Of a stretch of DNA of 21,488 nt, positions 1 through 9,636 are shown one piece after another. Source of the stretch: Dehalococcoidia bacterium. Its GTDB lineage: Bacteria > Chloroflexota > Dehalococcoidia > UBA2247 > RBG-13-53-26. The DNA lies in the NCBI GenBank assembly GCA_030372995.1, contig JAUCPZ010000294.1, positions 1-21,488 on the forward strand, written 5' to 3'. The position numbers and the translations under genes were made by a program. Numbering within the stretch: position 1 is the stretch's first letter; the number at the start of each line of letters is the position of its first letter. The notes under the pieces were generated by a model, which had not been told where the DNA came from, did not search any database, and was given only the letters and a program-made list of their open reading frames with translations.

Positions 1-303
1 GTTTGAAGCACCCAGCATCATTGGGAAGGGCCAGGCTCCTATGTCCGGAAGACGATGCCCACTCAGACCAAAGCGACCACGGAAGGTGCTACCTACTATC
101 AGCAGCATAGGGAGAATGCGAAAGTGAGCCAACAACCTATAGTTGACTTAACCGTAAACCCATATTTTGGTCACATTGAATTCTTTCCCCGGCCCGGCCG
201 TTTTGTGCCGCAAAGCTGACATTCTGGCAAGAACGGCTCGGCAAATGCGGCCGGTCAACGCTCCGCTTTACCAGCAAGTCCGATCCCGGAACAAGAGGAG
301 TTC

Positions 304-1146
304 ATGAAAGTACGGGTGGTGACCGACAGCACTTCGGATCTCCCTCCGGAAGTGGCCAGAGATCTGGGCATCACTGTGGTCCCGGCACAGGTCCAGTTCG
401 GTGATCAGGTGTTTCTTGATGGCATAGAACTCACCAGCGAGGAGTTCTACCGGAGACTGCAGTCCGAATCGACGTTGCCCAAGACTTCGCCGGCGTCTAT
501 TTCCACCTTCAATTCGACATACCGTCGCATAGCTGAGGAAGCCGATGGCATCATATCAATTCATGTTGTGGCCAAGTTGAGTGTGACCTATGACATCGCC
601 CGCCAGGCAAGCGCCGACGTGAAGTGCCCTGTCATTGTTATTGACTCGCAGACGGCCTCGATGGCGTGCGGCCTGCTGGCCATTATCGCGGCAAAGGCAG
701 CCCGCGCTGGAGAATCACTGACAGAGATCGAAAAGCTGGTGCGGCAGGCCATACCATGCACTGTGACCTATGGCGTGTTTGGCACGCTAGAGTATCTGGC
801 CAAAGGCGGACGCATTGGGAAGGGCCAAGCTTTCCTGGGGACACTGCTCAAGATCAACCCCATACTGGCGATCAGGATGAGCGAGGTGGTGCCGGTGGAA
901 AGGGTGCGCACGCGTTCCCGCGCGGTGGAAAGAATGTGCGAGATGGTGTGTGGGCACGCGCCTTTGAGAGAGCTTTCCGTCATGCGCACGACCAATCCAG
1001 AGGAAGCCGAAGAGGTGATACGGCGCCTCTCGCCGGTCTTCCCGCCGGAACGGATGTACCGCGCCAGCATAGGGCCTTCGATGGGCACCCAGGTGGGGCC
1101 TAATGCTGTCGGGGTGGCCTTGATAGCAGAGAAACCGCTGCAATGA
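304..1146 (+). CDS. DegV family fatty-acid-binding protein
   Basis: The 280-aa ORF starts with ATG. An AAGAGGAG RBS sits 5-6 nt upstream. The N-terminus MKVRVVTDSTSDLP...GITVVP and overall length are typical of the DegV/EDD fold family. Confidence 0.85.
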   Translation: MKVRVVTDSTSDLPPEVARDLGITVVPAQVQFGDQVFLDGIELTSEEFYRRLQSESTLPKTSPASISTFNSTYRRIAEEADGIISIHVVAKLSVTYDIARQASADVKCPVIVIDSQTASMACGLLAIIAAKAARAGESLTEIEKLVRQAIPCTVTYGVFGTLEYLAKGGRIGKGQAFLGTLLKINPILAIRMSEVVPVERVRTRSRAVERMCEMVCGHAPLRELSVMRTTNPEEAEEVIRRLSPVFPPERMYRASIGPSMGTQVGPNAVGVALIAEKPLQ

Positions 1147-1213
1147 TGACGCCATTTGGACTGCCGGCCGTGAGGCGGTAGGGAGCCGACGGCTGTCGGA
1201 GGAGGGGTCTGCC

Positions 1214-1750
1214 ATGAATACTCAACAATGGATACTCATAGCCATCAACGTCGTGGGCGGAGTCCTGGTTCTGGGCAGTTACGTTCAGGGGTTGCTCGCC
1301 CATCCTGACAACCGCAACGTGCTCTGGGGCAGCATTCCAGCATCAGTTCAGCCCTTCTACACGGTGAGTATGGTTTCGGCGGCGTTGGGCTACTTTGCGT
1401 TCACTTACTACGTCTTGTTCCGGATCGATGCCGCTTCAGTGCGCGTGGGCAACCAGTTTGGCTTCTGGGTCTTCTACGTGATCTACGCGCTCATCCTGCT
1501 GCCTTCGGCGCTCTGGATGCCACTCACGTACGCGGCCGTCGGGAGCCACAGCACCGGCCTCTATTGGGTCATACGCGTTGTGCTGGCGGTCGTGGGGCTG
1601 GGCTCACTGGCTCTGCTGGCGGCCTTGTTGAGTCTTCGTACCGACGGGTCGTCCTATGCCTACTGGCTGGCGGTGGCCGGGAGTGCTGCGTTCTGCATTC
1701 AGACGGCGGTTCTGGACGCGCTGGTGTGGCCCGCATTCTTTAGGGTATAA
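1214..1750 (+). CDS. hypothetical integral membrane protein (about 5 TM helices)
   Basis: The 178-aa ORF starts with ATG, preceded by GGAGGAGGGG. Hydrophobic segments recur throughout. I recognise no family. Confidence 0.6.
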   Translation: MNTQQWILIAINVVGGVLVLGSYVQGLLAHPDNRNVLWGSIPASVQPFYTVSMVSAALGYFAFTYYVLFRIDAASVRVGNQFGFWVFYVIYALILLPSALWMPLTYAAVGSHSTGLYWVIRVVLAVVGLGSLALLAALLSLRTDGSSYAYWLAVAGSAAFCIQTAVLDALVWPAFFRV

Positions 1751-1902
1751 TTGCCCGTCAATCATCATGATAACATGCCCCAAGAGCCATGTCTGGAACG
1801 CTGTAAGCAAACGCCATCCACACCAGATTCGTGTACGTCTCCGCAGAGCTGCCACGCGGGATATCATACCAGCCGCATTCTTCGAAGATTTGAGGTGACC
1901 AG

Positions 1903-2592
1903 ATGGCACAGGAAGAATACATCATCAGCGCCAAAGGCATCCACAAGACCTACCACACTGGGACCGTGGAGGTCCCGGCATTGCGAGGAGTTGACTTCGC
2001 CGTCAAACGGGGTGAAATGGTAGCCGTCATGGGCCCCAGCGGGTGTGGCAAGACTACGCTCCTCAATTGCCTTTCCGGCCTCGACAGCTTCGATCAGGGC
2101 GAGGTGGTGATAGAAGGGACTCAGCTCCCGAAAATGTCGGACGATGAACGCACTGAGTACCGGGCCCGTCGCATGGGCTTTGTCTTCCAGCTCTACAACC
2201 TCCTGCCGGTGCTGAATTCGGTGGAGAATGTGGAGATGCCTCTCCTGGTCTCTGGTGTTCCCGCGGACAAGAGCCGGAAGATGGCTCTCGAAGCCTTGGG
2301 CTTGGTGGGGCTTCCGGGGGTGGCGGACCGTCTGCCTGCAGAGCTCTCCGGCGGGCAGCGCCAGCGGGTCACCATAGCGAGGGCGTTGGTGAATCGGCCC
2401 GCCATCATCTGGGCTGATGAGCCGACCGGCGACCTGGACAGTGAGACGACAGCCGAGATCATGGATCTCCTGTGCAAGCTAAACAAGGAGAATCAGCAGA
2501 CATTCGTTCTGGTGACCCACTCCGATGAAGTAGCCAGAAGGGCCGACCGCATCGTCCGCATGCGCGACGGCCTGATTGTGGACGGAAAGTAG
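1903..2592 (+). CDS. ABC transporter ATP-binding protein (MacB/LolD/FtsE-like)
   Basis: All canonical motifs are present: Walker [10 protein letters not shown], signature [15 protein letters not shown], Walker [13 protein letters not shown] and H-loop VLVTHS. A GAGGTGA RBS lies upstream. The stop is 2 nt before the permease start. Confidence 0.92.
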   Translation: MAQEEYIISAKGIHKTYHTGTVEVPALRGVDFAVKRGEMVAVMGPSGCGKTTLLNCLSGLDSFDQGEVVIEGTQLPKMSDDERTEYRARRMGFVFQLYNLLPVLNSVENVEMPLLVSGVPADKSRKMALEALGLVGLPGVADRLPAELSGGQRQRVTIARALVNRPAIIWADEPTGDLDSETTAEIMDLLCKLNKENQQTFVLVTHSDEVARRADRIVRMRDGLIVDGK

Positions 2593-2594
2593 AC

Positions 2595-5567
2595 ATGCAG
2601 GAACTCTTCGGCGTTTCCGTTACTACCATAGCCATCGTCATGGCGGTTCTCTTCGGCATCGCGGCCATCGTGGCTGTGACTTTGGCCGTGCGCAACCGGA
2701 TTATGTTCAAGTTGGGGGTGCGGAATATCCCCAAACGCCCGGTGCAGACCGCATTGATAGTCTTTGGGCTCATGCTCAGCACGGTACTCATTACGGCTGC
2801 CTTCAGCACCGGCGACACCGTGGTCTATACCATCAGATCGCTGGCAACGGATGCCTTGGGAAACACAGATGAGGTGATCGCTGCTCCGAACAGGGAAACG
2901 GCCCCGGATTTGGGCTACTTCGATTACGCAGTCTTTGAGCGGATCAGGGATGGTCTTGCGGACGCCGGGGCCCAAGTCGACGGCGTTCTGCCGGTCATAA
3001 GGGAGCAGGTGCCGGTAATCAACGCGGGGCCTATGCTCAGCGCACCGAGTGTCACGCCCTTCGCCCCCGCGCCGCAGGAGTATGCGACCTACACAAGCTT
3101 GACGCTTGTTGATGGGCAGAAGATCAGCCTTGATGACTTGGGAACCGATGGCGTGTATCTCGACAAGTCAACGGCGGAGGACCTGCAGGCTGAGGTTGGC
3201 GACGGACTCCTCTTGTTCATCGAGTCCGAGGCGAAGGCGGTGCGGCTGGCCGGAATAGTGAAGGGGGCCTCGTCCGGGGGGTTCGCGTTTGCACTGATGC
3301 CCCTTCCTAGAGCTCAGGAGCTGCTGGGAAAGACGGATCAGATCAATGCGATCTACATTTCCAATAGTGGCGGAGTGCTGGGTGGTGCCAAATATAGCAA
3401 GGAGGTCGAAGAGGATCTTCAGCCACTGTTGGAAGGCACCGGTTTGGAAGTCGAGAAAGTGAAGGAGAGTACGCTGGATCAGGCAGACACGGCTGGGACG
3501 GTGCTGACTACCATGTTCGTCGGGTTTGGCCTGTTCTCCATTGCCGCCGGCGTCCTCCTGATATTCCTGATCTTTGTGATGCTGGCCGCGGCCCGCAAGT
3601 CGGAAATGGGCATGGCCCGGGCGGTGGGCGCCAAGAGAAACCAGTTGGTACAGATGTTCATCTTTGAGGGTGTGGTCTACGACCTGATGGCGGCCATCAT
3701 TGGTGTCGGGTTAGGAATATTGGTCACCTATGCTATCGCCGGCATCATGGCCAGAGTCATACAAGGTTCTCCCATCGATATCCGTGTGCACGTCGAGCCG
3801 AGGAGCCTCATTGTTGCCTTCACTCTGGGAATGCTGGTTACCTTTGCCACGGTGGCCGTGTCTGCTTGGAGAGTCAGCCGCCTCAACATCGTGAGGGCGA
3901 TCCGCGACATACCCGAGCCGGTATTCAAGAGGGTGGGGCGTGGCACCCTTGGTATTGGCGTCAGCCTGGCCGTTTTCGGTCTTCTGATCTTCGTGGCTGG
4001 GATAGGTTCCAAACAAGGGGCTCCCCTCTACATGGGCCTGGCGCTGATCATCGTCGGCGGAGCACTCATTGCCCGATGGCGCGGGGCCAGAGAACGCCTT
4101 GTCTTCACCGTGGCCGGCGTTCTTCTGCTGGCATGGTCTCTCTTGCCGACCAGCGTCTTCGAGACCATTTTTGGCGACGATATGACCATGGGGATAGAGA
4201 TGTTCTTCCTTGCTGGCGTGACCATGGTGCTTGGAGCCGTGTGGATTGTGTCCTACAACCTTGACGTGATCTTGCGGATCTTGGCCGCGGTAGTCGGCCG
4301 GCTGAAGGGTGCTGCGCCGGTGCTCAGGGCAGCCATGGCCTATCCCATGAAGAACCGTATGCGGACGGGCCTCACCATAGCCATGTTCTCCCTAGTCATC
4401 TTCACCATCGTCTTCATGTCGGTGGTGATCGGCGCCAACACGGCAGTCCTTTCGGATTCTGACTCCTTTGCTGGCGGATACGACATCATGGCGAACGTTA
4501 GCTACATCAACCCCGTTCCGAACATGCAGGAGGCAATTGTCGAGAAAGGCATCGATCCTGCCGACTTCGAAGCCATCGCCGGGTACTTCACGATCCCGCT
4601 CAAGGTCAGGGAGTCCAGCCGGGAGGCTGAAGAGGAATTCAAGGACTACACCCTGAATGGCGTCGATGATGTCTATCTGGACACCAACACTTTCAAGTTC
4701 GCGCTCACCGCGCCTGGCTACGACTCTGCTGCAGATGTTTGGAGAGCGGTGAAGGATACACCGGGGTTGGCCGTCATCAGCGCCGACGCCGTGGCTTCCC
4801 GCAGCAACTATGGCGTTGCCATTGGGGGTGCACAATTCCGCCTCGAGGGTGTGTGGCTGGAAGATAAGGCGCTGGACGCTCCGATACAGGTGCGGGTGAA
4901 GGAGTCGTATACAGGCACCGAAACAGACTTGACCATCATTGGCGTGCTCGAAGCTGTGAGCTTCAACTATGGGCTCTACACCTCCCAGCGGACCATAGGC
5001 CAAGTGTGGCCGGCGGACATACCGACCACTACGTATCTCTTCAAGTTGAGCGAGGGAGTGGACGCGGACGAGATGGTCAAGAGGCTTGAATCAGAATTCA
5101 GCGTGAATGGTTTGCAGGCCACCTCGATCAAGCAACTATTGCGGGAGGTAAGCCGGACCAGCTTCACCATCAACACCCTGCTGCAAGGTTTCATGTCGCT
5201 GGGTTTGGTGGTGGGGATCGCGGCTCTAGGGGTAATCAGCACGCGGGCGGTGGTGGAGCGCCGTCACGAGATAGGCATCCTGCGGGCTATCGGCTTCAAG
5301 CGGCGCAGCGTCCAAACCACCTTCCTGCTGGAGTCGTCGATCGTGGCTATCCTGGGCATTATCATCGGGTCTGTCTTGGCGCTGGCGCTGTCTTACCAAG
5401 TACTGGATGACATGAAAGAGACCGTAGAGAACCTCGAGTTCCGGATGCCATGGGTGGAACTGGCCATCATTGCAGGTGTGGCCTGGGTCGCTTCCATGCT
5501 GATGACCATAATCCCGGCTTGGCAAGCTTCCAGGATCTATCCGGCTGAGGCACTGCGTTATGAGTAA
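2595..5567 (+). CDS. ABC transporter permease with two FtsX-like modules and two large extracytoplasmic domains
   Basis: This 990-aa ORF lies immediately downstream of the ATPase. It has an N-terminal TM helix, then a soluble domain of about 270 aa, then a TM cluster. That pattern repeats once: TM helices, a soluble domain of about 240 aa, and a C-terminal FtsX-like 3-TM cluster (ILRAIGFKRRSV...). Confidence 0.88.
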   Translation: MQELFGVSVTTIAIVMAVLFGIAAIVAVTLAVRNRIMFKLGVRNIPKRPVQTALIVFGLMLSTVLITAAFSTGDTVVYTIRSLATDALGNTDEVIAAPNRETAPDLGYFDYAVFERIRDGLADAGAQVDGVLPVIREQVPVINAGPMLSAPSVTPFAPAPQEYATYTSLTLVDGQKISLDDLGTDGVYLDKSTAEDLQAEVGDGLLLFIESEAKAVRLAGIVKGASSGGFAFALMPLPRAQELLGKTDQINAIYISNSGGVLGGAKYSKEVEEDLQPLLEGTGLEVEKVKESTLDQADTAGTVLTTMFVGFGLFSIAAGVLLIFLIFVMLAAARKSEMGMARAVGAKRNQLVQMFIFEGVVYDLMAAIIGVGLGILVTYAIAGIMARVIQGSPIDIRVHVEPRSLIVAFTLGMLVTFATVAVSAWRVSRLNIVRAIRDIPEPVFKRVGRGTLGIGVSLAVFGLLIFVAGIGSKQGAPLYMGLALIIVGGALIARWRGARERLVFTVAGVLLLAWSLLPTSVFETIFGDDMTMGIEMFFLAGVTMVLGAVWIVSYNLDVILRILAAVVGRLKGAAPVLRAAMAYPMKNRMRTGLTIAMFSLVIFTIVFMSVVIGANTAVLSDSDSFAGGYDIMANVSYINPVPNMQEAIVEKGIDPADFEAIAGYFTIPLKVRESSREAEEEFKDYTLNGVDDVYLDTNTFKFALTAPGYDSAADVWRAVKDTPGLAVISADAVASRSNYGVAIGGAQFRLEGVWLEDKALDAPIQVRVKESYTGTETDLTIIGVLEAVSFNYGLYTSQRTIGQVWPADIPTTTYLFKLSEGVDADEMVKRLESEFSVNGLQATSIKQLLREVSRTSFTINTLLQGFMSLGLVVGIAALGVISTRAVVERRHEIGILRAIGFKRRSVQTTFLLESSIVAILGIIIGSVLALALSYQVLDDMKETVENLEFRMPWVELAIIAGVAWVASMLMTIIPAWQASRIYPAEALRYE

Positions 5568-5976
5568 GGTGGCCATGGACGGCAGGCTGGGCGCGAAGAT
5601 CGGTTGGATCTGTGGGTGGGCCGGAGCCTTCCTTTGGGTCCTCATCCTGTCCATCATTTGGCTGGTTCAGGGTAAGACACTGGAGGGGGTTTCCGGTTTG
5701 GCGCTCGTTTGCCTGGCGGGGTTGTTGGTCTACGCCACCCTTCCTTGGAGACATGCCAAGACGCCTTTCTGGAAGCTGATGTTGCCGGCATACGGGGCGC
5801 TGGTGCTTTCGGTGCCCTGGGCGGTGTGGTCGTTCGGCCCACAGGAGTCCGGGCTGAGCTGGTGGTCCCTTGCGTGGGTGCTGCCTTTGCTCGTTCCTTT
5901 CGGCGTGATCGGACGTCGGCGGTGGAACGATTTCGAGCCGCAGCAGGCAGATGCTGCCGGGCCTGACAAAGGGTAG
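5560..5976 (+). CDS. small integral membrane protein, translationally coupled to the ABC permease
   Basis: The 138-aa ORF has about 4 hydrophobic helices. Its ATG overlaps the permease stop (ATGAGTAA context, 8-nt overlap). An alternative in-frame ATG is at 5575. Confidence 0.6.
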   Translation: MSKVAMDGRLGAKIGWICGWAGAFLWVLILSIIWLVQGKTLEGVSGLALVCLAGLLVYATLPWRHAKTPFWKLMLPAYGALVLSVPWAVWSFGPQESGLSWWSLAWVLPLLVPFGVIGRRRWNDFEPQQADAAGPDKG

Positions 5977-6104
5977 CTTGGCCAAGTCGAGGGCAGCGCC
6001 CTATTGTGCGGCCACATCTACTGCTGCCAGCGTTTTCTGTGGCGGAATCGCAAGGAAGCATGATCCGGCGCTGGTCAGGCTGTACAGGCTCAGCATGGCT
6101 GAAC

Positions 6105-6134
6105 TTGACATGGTGAGCGTGAGAACAGTAACAT
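6105..6134 (+). promoter_or_regulatory. putative sigma70-type promoter of the rplU operon
   Basis: TTGACA (6105-6110), an 18-nt spacer, then TAACAT (6129-6134). It lies about 30 nt upstream of the rplU RBS. Confidence 0.4.
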
Positions 6135-6164
6135 TTACGTTGTATCTCACGACGGAGGAAGACA

Positions 6165-6515
6165 ATCTACGCAGTAGTCGAGACCGGTGGAAAGCAGTAT
6201 AAGGTTTCGCCGGGGCAGGTTATCGAAGTCGATCGGCTGGCGGCTGACCCGGGGAGCAAGGTCGAGTTGGACCGTGTCCTTTTGCTCGCCAGCGGCGACA
6301 GGGTGGTCGTTGGGAAACCCCACGTCAAGGGGGCCAAGGTTGTGGCGGAGGCATTGGGCGAGGCCCGGGACAGGAAGATCACGGTCTTCCGTTTCAAGCC
6401 CAAGGTCAGGTTCCGGCGCAAGAAAGGCCATCGGCAATTGCATACCAGACTGGCCATCAAGGAAATACATCCCGGGCGGGGTCACAAAATGGAGGTAGGT
6501 CACAGTGGCGCATAA
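6165..6515 (+). CDS. rplU: 50S ribosomal protein L21
   Basis: Translation from 6168 reads [24 protein letters not shown]..., the canonical L21 N-terminus minus its Met. The frame opens only after TAA at 6129-6131. It has no ATG, GTG or TTG before 6267. GGAGGA at 6154-6159 sits 5 nt before ATC at 6165. The stop is firm; the start codon assignment is inferred. Confidence 0.85.
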   Translation: MYAVVETGGKQYKVSPGQVIEVDRLAADPGSKVELDRVLLLASGDRVVVGKPHVKGAKVVAEALGEARDRKITVFRFKPKVRFRRKKGHRQLHTRLAIKEIHPGRGHKMEVGHSGA

Positions 6516-6771
6516 GAAGGCCGCGGGTGGTACGAGGGGCAACCGCGACAGCCAAGCCAAGCGACTGGGCGTGAAGAAGTACAGCGGGCAGGCGGTAAGA
6601 TCGGGCAACATCGTGGTGCGTCAGAGGGGCACACGCCTGCTGCCGGGCGCGAACATCGGTGTTGGCAGGGATCACACTCTCTTCGCGCTCACCGACGGAG
6701 TGGTCAAGTTCGAATGGGCGGCAAAGGGCAGGCGGAAGGTGAGCGTCTATCCGGCAGGAACTGAGAAATGA
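6505..6771 (+). CDS. rpmA: 50S ribosomal protein L27
   Basis: The N-terminus (M)[23 protein letters not shown] is canonical for L27. The start is GTG, with GGAGGT 8 nt upstream. It overlaps the rplU 3' end by 11 nt. Confidence 0.93.
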   Translation: MAHKKAAGGTRGNRDSQAKRLGVKKYSGQAVRSGNIVVRQRGTRLLPGANIGVGRDHTLFALTDGVVKFEWAAKGRRKVSVYPAGTEK

Positions 6772-6992
6772 AGGAAAAGATACATCCGACCTACTATACC
6801 GACGCGAGGGTGACCTGCGCTTGCGGAAACAGCTTCATTACCGGCGCCACCAAGAAAGTGATCAAGACCGAAATCTGCAGCAAGTGTCATCCTCTCTTCA
6901 CCGGTGAATACCGCATCGTCGACACAGCGGGGAGGGTGGAGCGTTTCAAGAGGCGCTACAAACGCAAAGAGCCGGAGAAGAAAGAAGAGTAG
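6768..6992 (+). CDS. rpmE: 50S ribosomal protein L31 (Zn-ribbon type)
   Basis: [10 protein letters not shown]...CACG...[10 protein letters not shown] matches the L31 type A pattern. It shares an ATGA start/stop overlap with rpmA. Confidence 0.93.
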   Translation: MKEKIHPTYYTDARVTCACGNSFITGATKKVIKTEICSKCHPLFTGEYRIVDTAGRVERFKRRYKRKEPEKKEE

Positions 6993-7045
6993 ACATTCCC
7001 GGCTGGCGGCGTGGAAGCGTACGCAAGGTTCTGAGTCTTTTCGAG

Positions 7046-7078
7046 GAGCGGAGGATGAGACTCCGCTCTTCTGGTTTG
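7046..7078 (+). terminator. intrinsic terminator or attenuator after rpmE
   Basis: Perfect 8-bp stem GAGCGGAG (7046-7053) / CTCCGCTC (7061-7068) with a 7-nt loop. It is followed by TTCTGGTTTG. Confidence 0.55.
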
Positions 7079-7092
7079 TATCAGGGGGCAAG

Positions 7093-7965
7093 TTGCTGAA
7101 GGAGTTTCACTATGGTGGCCAGGCTGTCATCGAAGGCGTCATGATGCGCGGCCAGCGCAACATGGCGATGGCGGTGCGTCGCCCCAGCGGCCAGGTGCAC
7201 GTTACTACGAAGCCCATCTCCAATTCGCAGACGGGAATCAGGAAGGTTCCGTTCCTGCGGGGCGTCGTGGTTCTGGTGGAGAGTCTGGTGCTTGGTATCG
7301 GCGCCTTGTTCGAATCGGCCAACGTGTCGCTCGGGGAAGACGAGCAGAAGATATCAGGCCCGCTCCTTTGGGGAACGTTGATCGCCTCCTTTGCTTTCGC
7401 CGCAGCCTTGTTCTTTGTCGTTCCCCTGCTGGTCACTGACAGCCTAATAGGTTCTCACATCAACTCAACTGTGCTCAGCAACCTGGTGGAGGGCGTCATC
7501 CGCGTCATGATTTTCGTCCTTTATCTGGCTCTGGTGAACCTGATCCCGGACATCAGGACGGTATTCGCATACCACGGTGCGGAGCACAAGACCATCAATG
7601 CCTTCGAACACCATGTCCCTCTGGAGCCGGGGCCGGTGGCCAAGTTCTCGACAGCCCACGTCCGCTGTGGCACCAGTTTCCTGTTTGCCGTAATGATCAT
7701 CGCCATCCTCGTATTCTCGCTGGTCGGCAGCCCGGACATTTGGATACGCATCATATCGCGCGTCGTCCTCATCCCGGTCATCGCCGCTGTGGGGTATGAG
7801 TTCACTCGGTTCAGCGCCAGGTACGCCGAAAACCGGGTGGTCCGCATCTTGTTTCTGCCGGGGTTGGCCCTGCAGAAGATGACCACGAGGCAGCCTGACG
7901 AGCGTCAGATTGAAGTGGCCATCTATGCCTTGAAAGGGGCCATAGAGGCGGATCAGAAACCCTAG
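7093..7965 (+). CDS. DUF1385 family membrane protein
   Basis: The [14 protein letters not shown] motif lies near the N-terminus, with [14 protein letters not shown] and multiple TM helices. The start is set at TTG 7093, with AGGGGG 4-5 nt upstream. The longer track ORF from 6904 would overlap rpmE and adds a non-homologous basic tail. Confidence 0.8.
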   Translation: MLKEFHYGGQAVIEGVMMRGQRNMAMAVRRPSGQVHVTTKPISNSQTGIRKVPFLRGVVVLVESLVLGIGALFESANVSLGEDEQKISGPLLWGTLIASFAFAAALFFVVPLLVTDSLIGSHINSTVLSNLVEGVIRVMIFVLYLALVNLIPDIRTVFAYHGAEHKTINAFEHHVPLEPGPVAKFSTAHVRCGTSFLFAVMIIAILVFSLVGSPDIWIRIISRVVLIPVIAAVGYEFTRFSARYAENRVVRILFLPGLALQKMTTRQPDERQIEVAIYALKGAIEADQKP

Positions 7966-8312
7966 AGGCCGGGCTGGGTCTCCACCTTCTGGAAGAAGCA
8001 GGTCCTCTCACCGGTATGACAGACAGGCCCAGTCGGCTTCACCTTGACCAGCAGCGTGTCCCCGTCGCAGTCTTTCCACACTTCCTGCAGATTGAGGAAG
8101 TTGCCCGAGGTAGCGCCTTTGTGCCAAAGTTCCTGCCGGCTGCGGCTATAGAACCAGACCTGGCCTGACTCCAGCGTGCGTCGCAGTGACTCCTCGTTCA
8201 TGTATCCGAGCATGAGCACTTCGCCGGTGTCGGCATCCTGGACAATGGCTGGGATCAGTCCCTTCTGATCGAACTTCAACATCGTCTGCCGTCCTTCAAT
8301 ATCCCAATTCAC
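7962..8312 (-). CDS. hisI: phosphoribosyl-AMP cyclohydrolase (monofunctional HisI)
   Basis: GLIPAIVQD...[11 protein letters not shown]...[18 protein letters not shown]...DCDGDTLL...CHTGERTCF are diagnostic for HisI. The GTG start at 8312 overlaps the hisA stop (GTGA). An alternative ATG is at 8282. There is no HisE domain. Confidence 0.9.
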   Translation of the reverse strand: MNWDIEGRQTMLKFDQKGLIPAIVQDADTGEVLMLGYMNEESLRRTLESGQVWFYSRSRQELWHKGATSGNFLNLQEVWKDCDGDTLLVKVKPTGPVCHTGERTCFFQKVETQPGL

Positions 8313-9049
8313 AAGCCGAGTGCCTTCTCTCTCAAGGCCGCCAAGGCCTTCTCCAAGAGGATGTCCCCAGTATACAGCGCCCGGCCGATGATGGCGCCTT
8401 CCACCCCAAGCCGGCGCAATGTGATCAGATGATCGATGGAGGTCACTCCTCCGGAGGCTATTATCGGTGATCTGGCCTTGGCCACCAGTTCGGAGATTGC
8501 GTGGAAATTGGGTTCGGTGAGGGTGCCATCCCTAGCGACGTCGGTATAGATGAAGCGCCTGGCGCCAAGCGCCTCCATTTGCTGGACGAGATCGACAGCT
8601 AAGACTGAAGTCTTGTCCTTCCAGCCGCGGACCGCCACGAATCCATCGCGGGCGTCAACTCCGAGGATAATGGCCTCGCCGAAGACCCGGCAGGCCTCCT
8701 TCACCAAGTCGGGGTTTTCCACTGCCGCCGTACCCAGCACTACCCTCTGCACTCCGGCCTTCGCATAATGCTCTATCGTCTCCATCCGGCGTATGCCGCC
8801 GCCGACCTGAATGGGAATTCGGAGCGTGCTCGCCATGCGAATGATAGTCGTCAGGTGGCGCGGTTCCCCCGCCGCTGCGCCGTCCAGATCAACAACGTGA
8901 AGTCTCGGCGCCCCCAGAGACTCCCAGCGCTGGGCGACCCCAAGAGGATCGTCAGAGAAAACCGTTTCCTTCGCGTAGTCACCCTGGTAGAGGCGCACGC
9001 ACCGGCCGCCCTTCAGGTCGATCGAAGGGATCACTTCCATGGCAGGCAC
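8309..9049 (-). CDS. hisA: ProFAR isomerase HisA
   Basis: [22 protein letters not shown]..., VGGGIR and ASGGV match the (beta/alpha)8 HisA pattern. An alternative start is at 9040. Confidence 0.9.
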   Translation of the reverse strand: MPAMEVIPSIDLKGGRCVRLYQGDYAKETVFSDDPLGVAQRWESLGAPRLHVVDLDGAAAGEPRHLTTIIRMASTLRIPIQVGGGIRRMETIEHYAKAGVQRVVLGTAAVENPDLVKEACRVFGEAIILGVDARDGFVAVRGWKDKTSVLAVDLVQQMEALGARRFIYTDVARDGTLTEPNFHAISELVAKARSPIIASGGVTSIDHLITLRRLGVEGAIIGRALYTGDILLEKALAALREKALGL

Positions 9050-9101
9050 AACCCAGCGTGCTGCGAGGCCGTCGTGGCCACGGCGCTAGTGCTCACGGAT
9101 C

Positions 9102-9635
9102 TCATTTCGCCCGGATCGTTTCCTCATACAGGCTGAGCGTAAACAAGAAATCCGCCAAACGGTTCAGATACTTGAGGATTTCTTGGTTCGGCACCTGCCC
9201 GGTCCGTTGCAGGCTCACCACGCGTCTTTCGGCCCGCCTGACGATTGCCCGCGAGAGGTGGATCGCGGCGGATGCCGCGCTCTTGCCGGGTATCACGAAA
9301 CTCTCTGGCATCCTGACTTTGGCCTCGAGGCTATCGATGAGACCTTCCAGCCTATCCACGTCGCCACTGGTGATAGTGGGGTATCTTCGTGCCACCCTTT
9401 CACGCGCCTCCGGCGGCGTGGCCAGCTCGCCTGCCAGTGTGAAGAGGTCCTTCTGTACAGTGAGAAGCATGTCACGGACTGGCTGCTTGCGGGACAGTGC
9501 CCTTGCGAGCCCAATGGCGGCGACGGCTTCATCTATCGTGCCGTAGGCTTCGCAGTGAGGATCGGACTTGGGGACGCGTGGACCGAAGAACAGGCTGGTC
9601 TCGCCTTTATCTCCCCGCTTGTTGAAAGTCTTCAT
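9102..9635 (-). CDS. ATP:cob(I)alamin adenosyltransferase, PduO-type
   Basis: The N-terminus KRGDKGETSL....PKSDPHCEAYGTIDE and a length of about 177 aa are typical of the PduO/MMAB family. Its start lies 1 nt after the upstream gene's stop. Confidence 0.85.
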   Translation of the reverse strand: MKTFNKRGDKGETSLFFGPRVPKSDPHCEAYGTIDEAVAAIGLARALSRKQPVRDMLLTVQKDLFTLAGELATPPEARERVARRYPTITSGDVDRLEGLIDSLEAKVRMPESFVIPGKSAASAAIHLSRAIVRRAERRVVSLQRTGQVPNQEILKYLNRLADFLFTLSLYEETIRAK

Positions 9636-9636
9636 C

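Noticed and set aside
2-127. Open frame at the left edge ending in a very basic tail (…MSGRRCPLRPKRPRKVLPTISSIGRMRK*)
   Set aside because: It is too short, with no recognisable family. I cannot tell whether it is the 3' end of an upstream gene or non-coding, so it is not reported as a feature.
6904-7092. N-terminal 63-aa extension of the DUF1385 ORF
   Set aside because: It would overlap the rpmE coding sequence by 89 nt and span the terminator hairpin. The added residues are basic and low-complexity. The conserved DUF1385 N-terminus begins right after TTG 7093, which has its own RBS.
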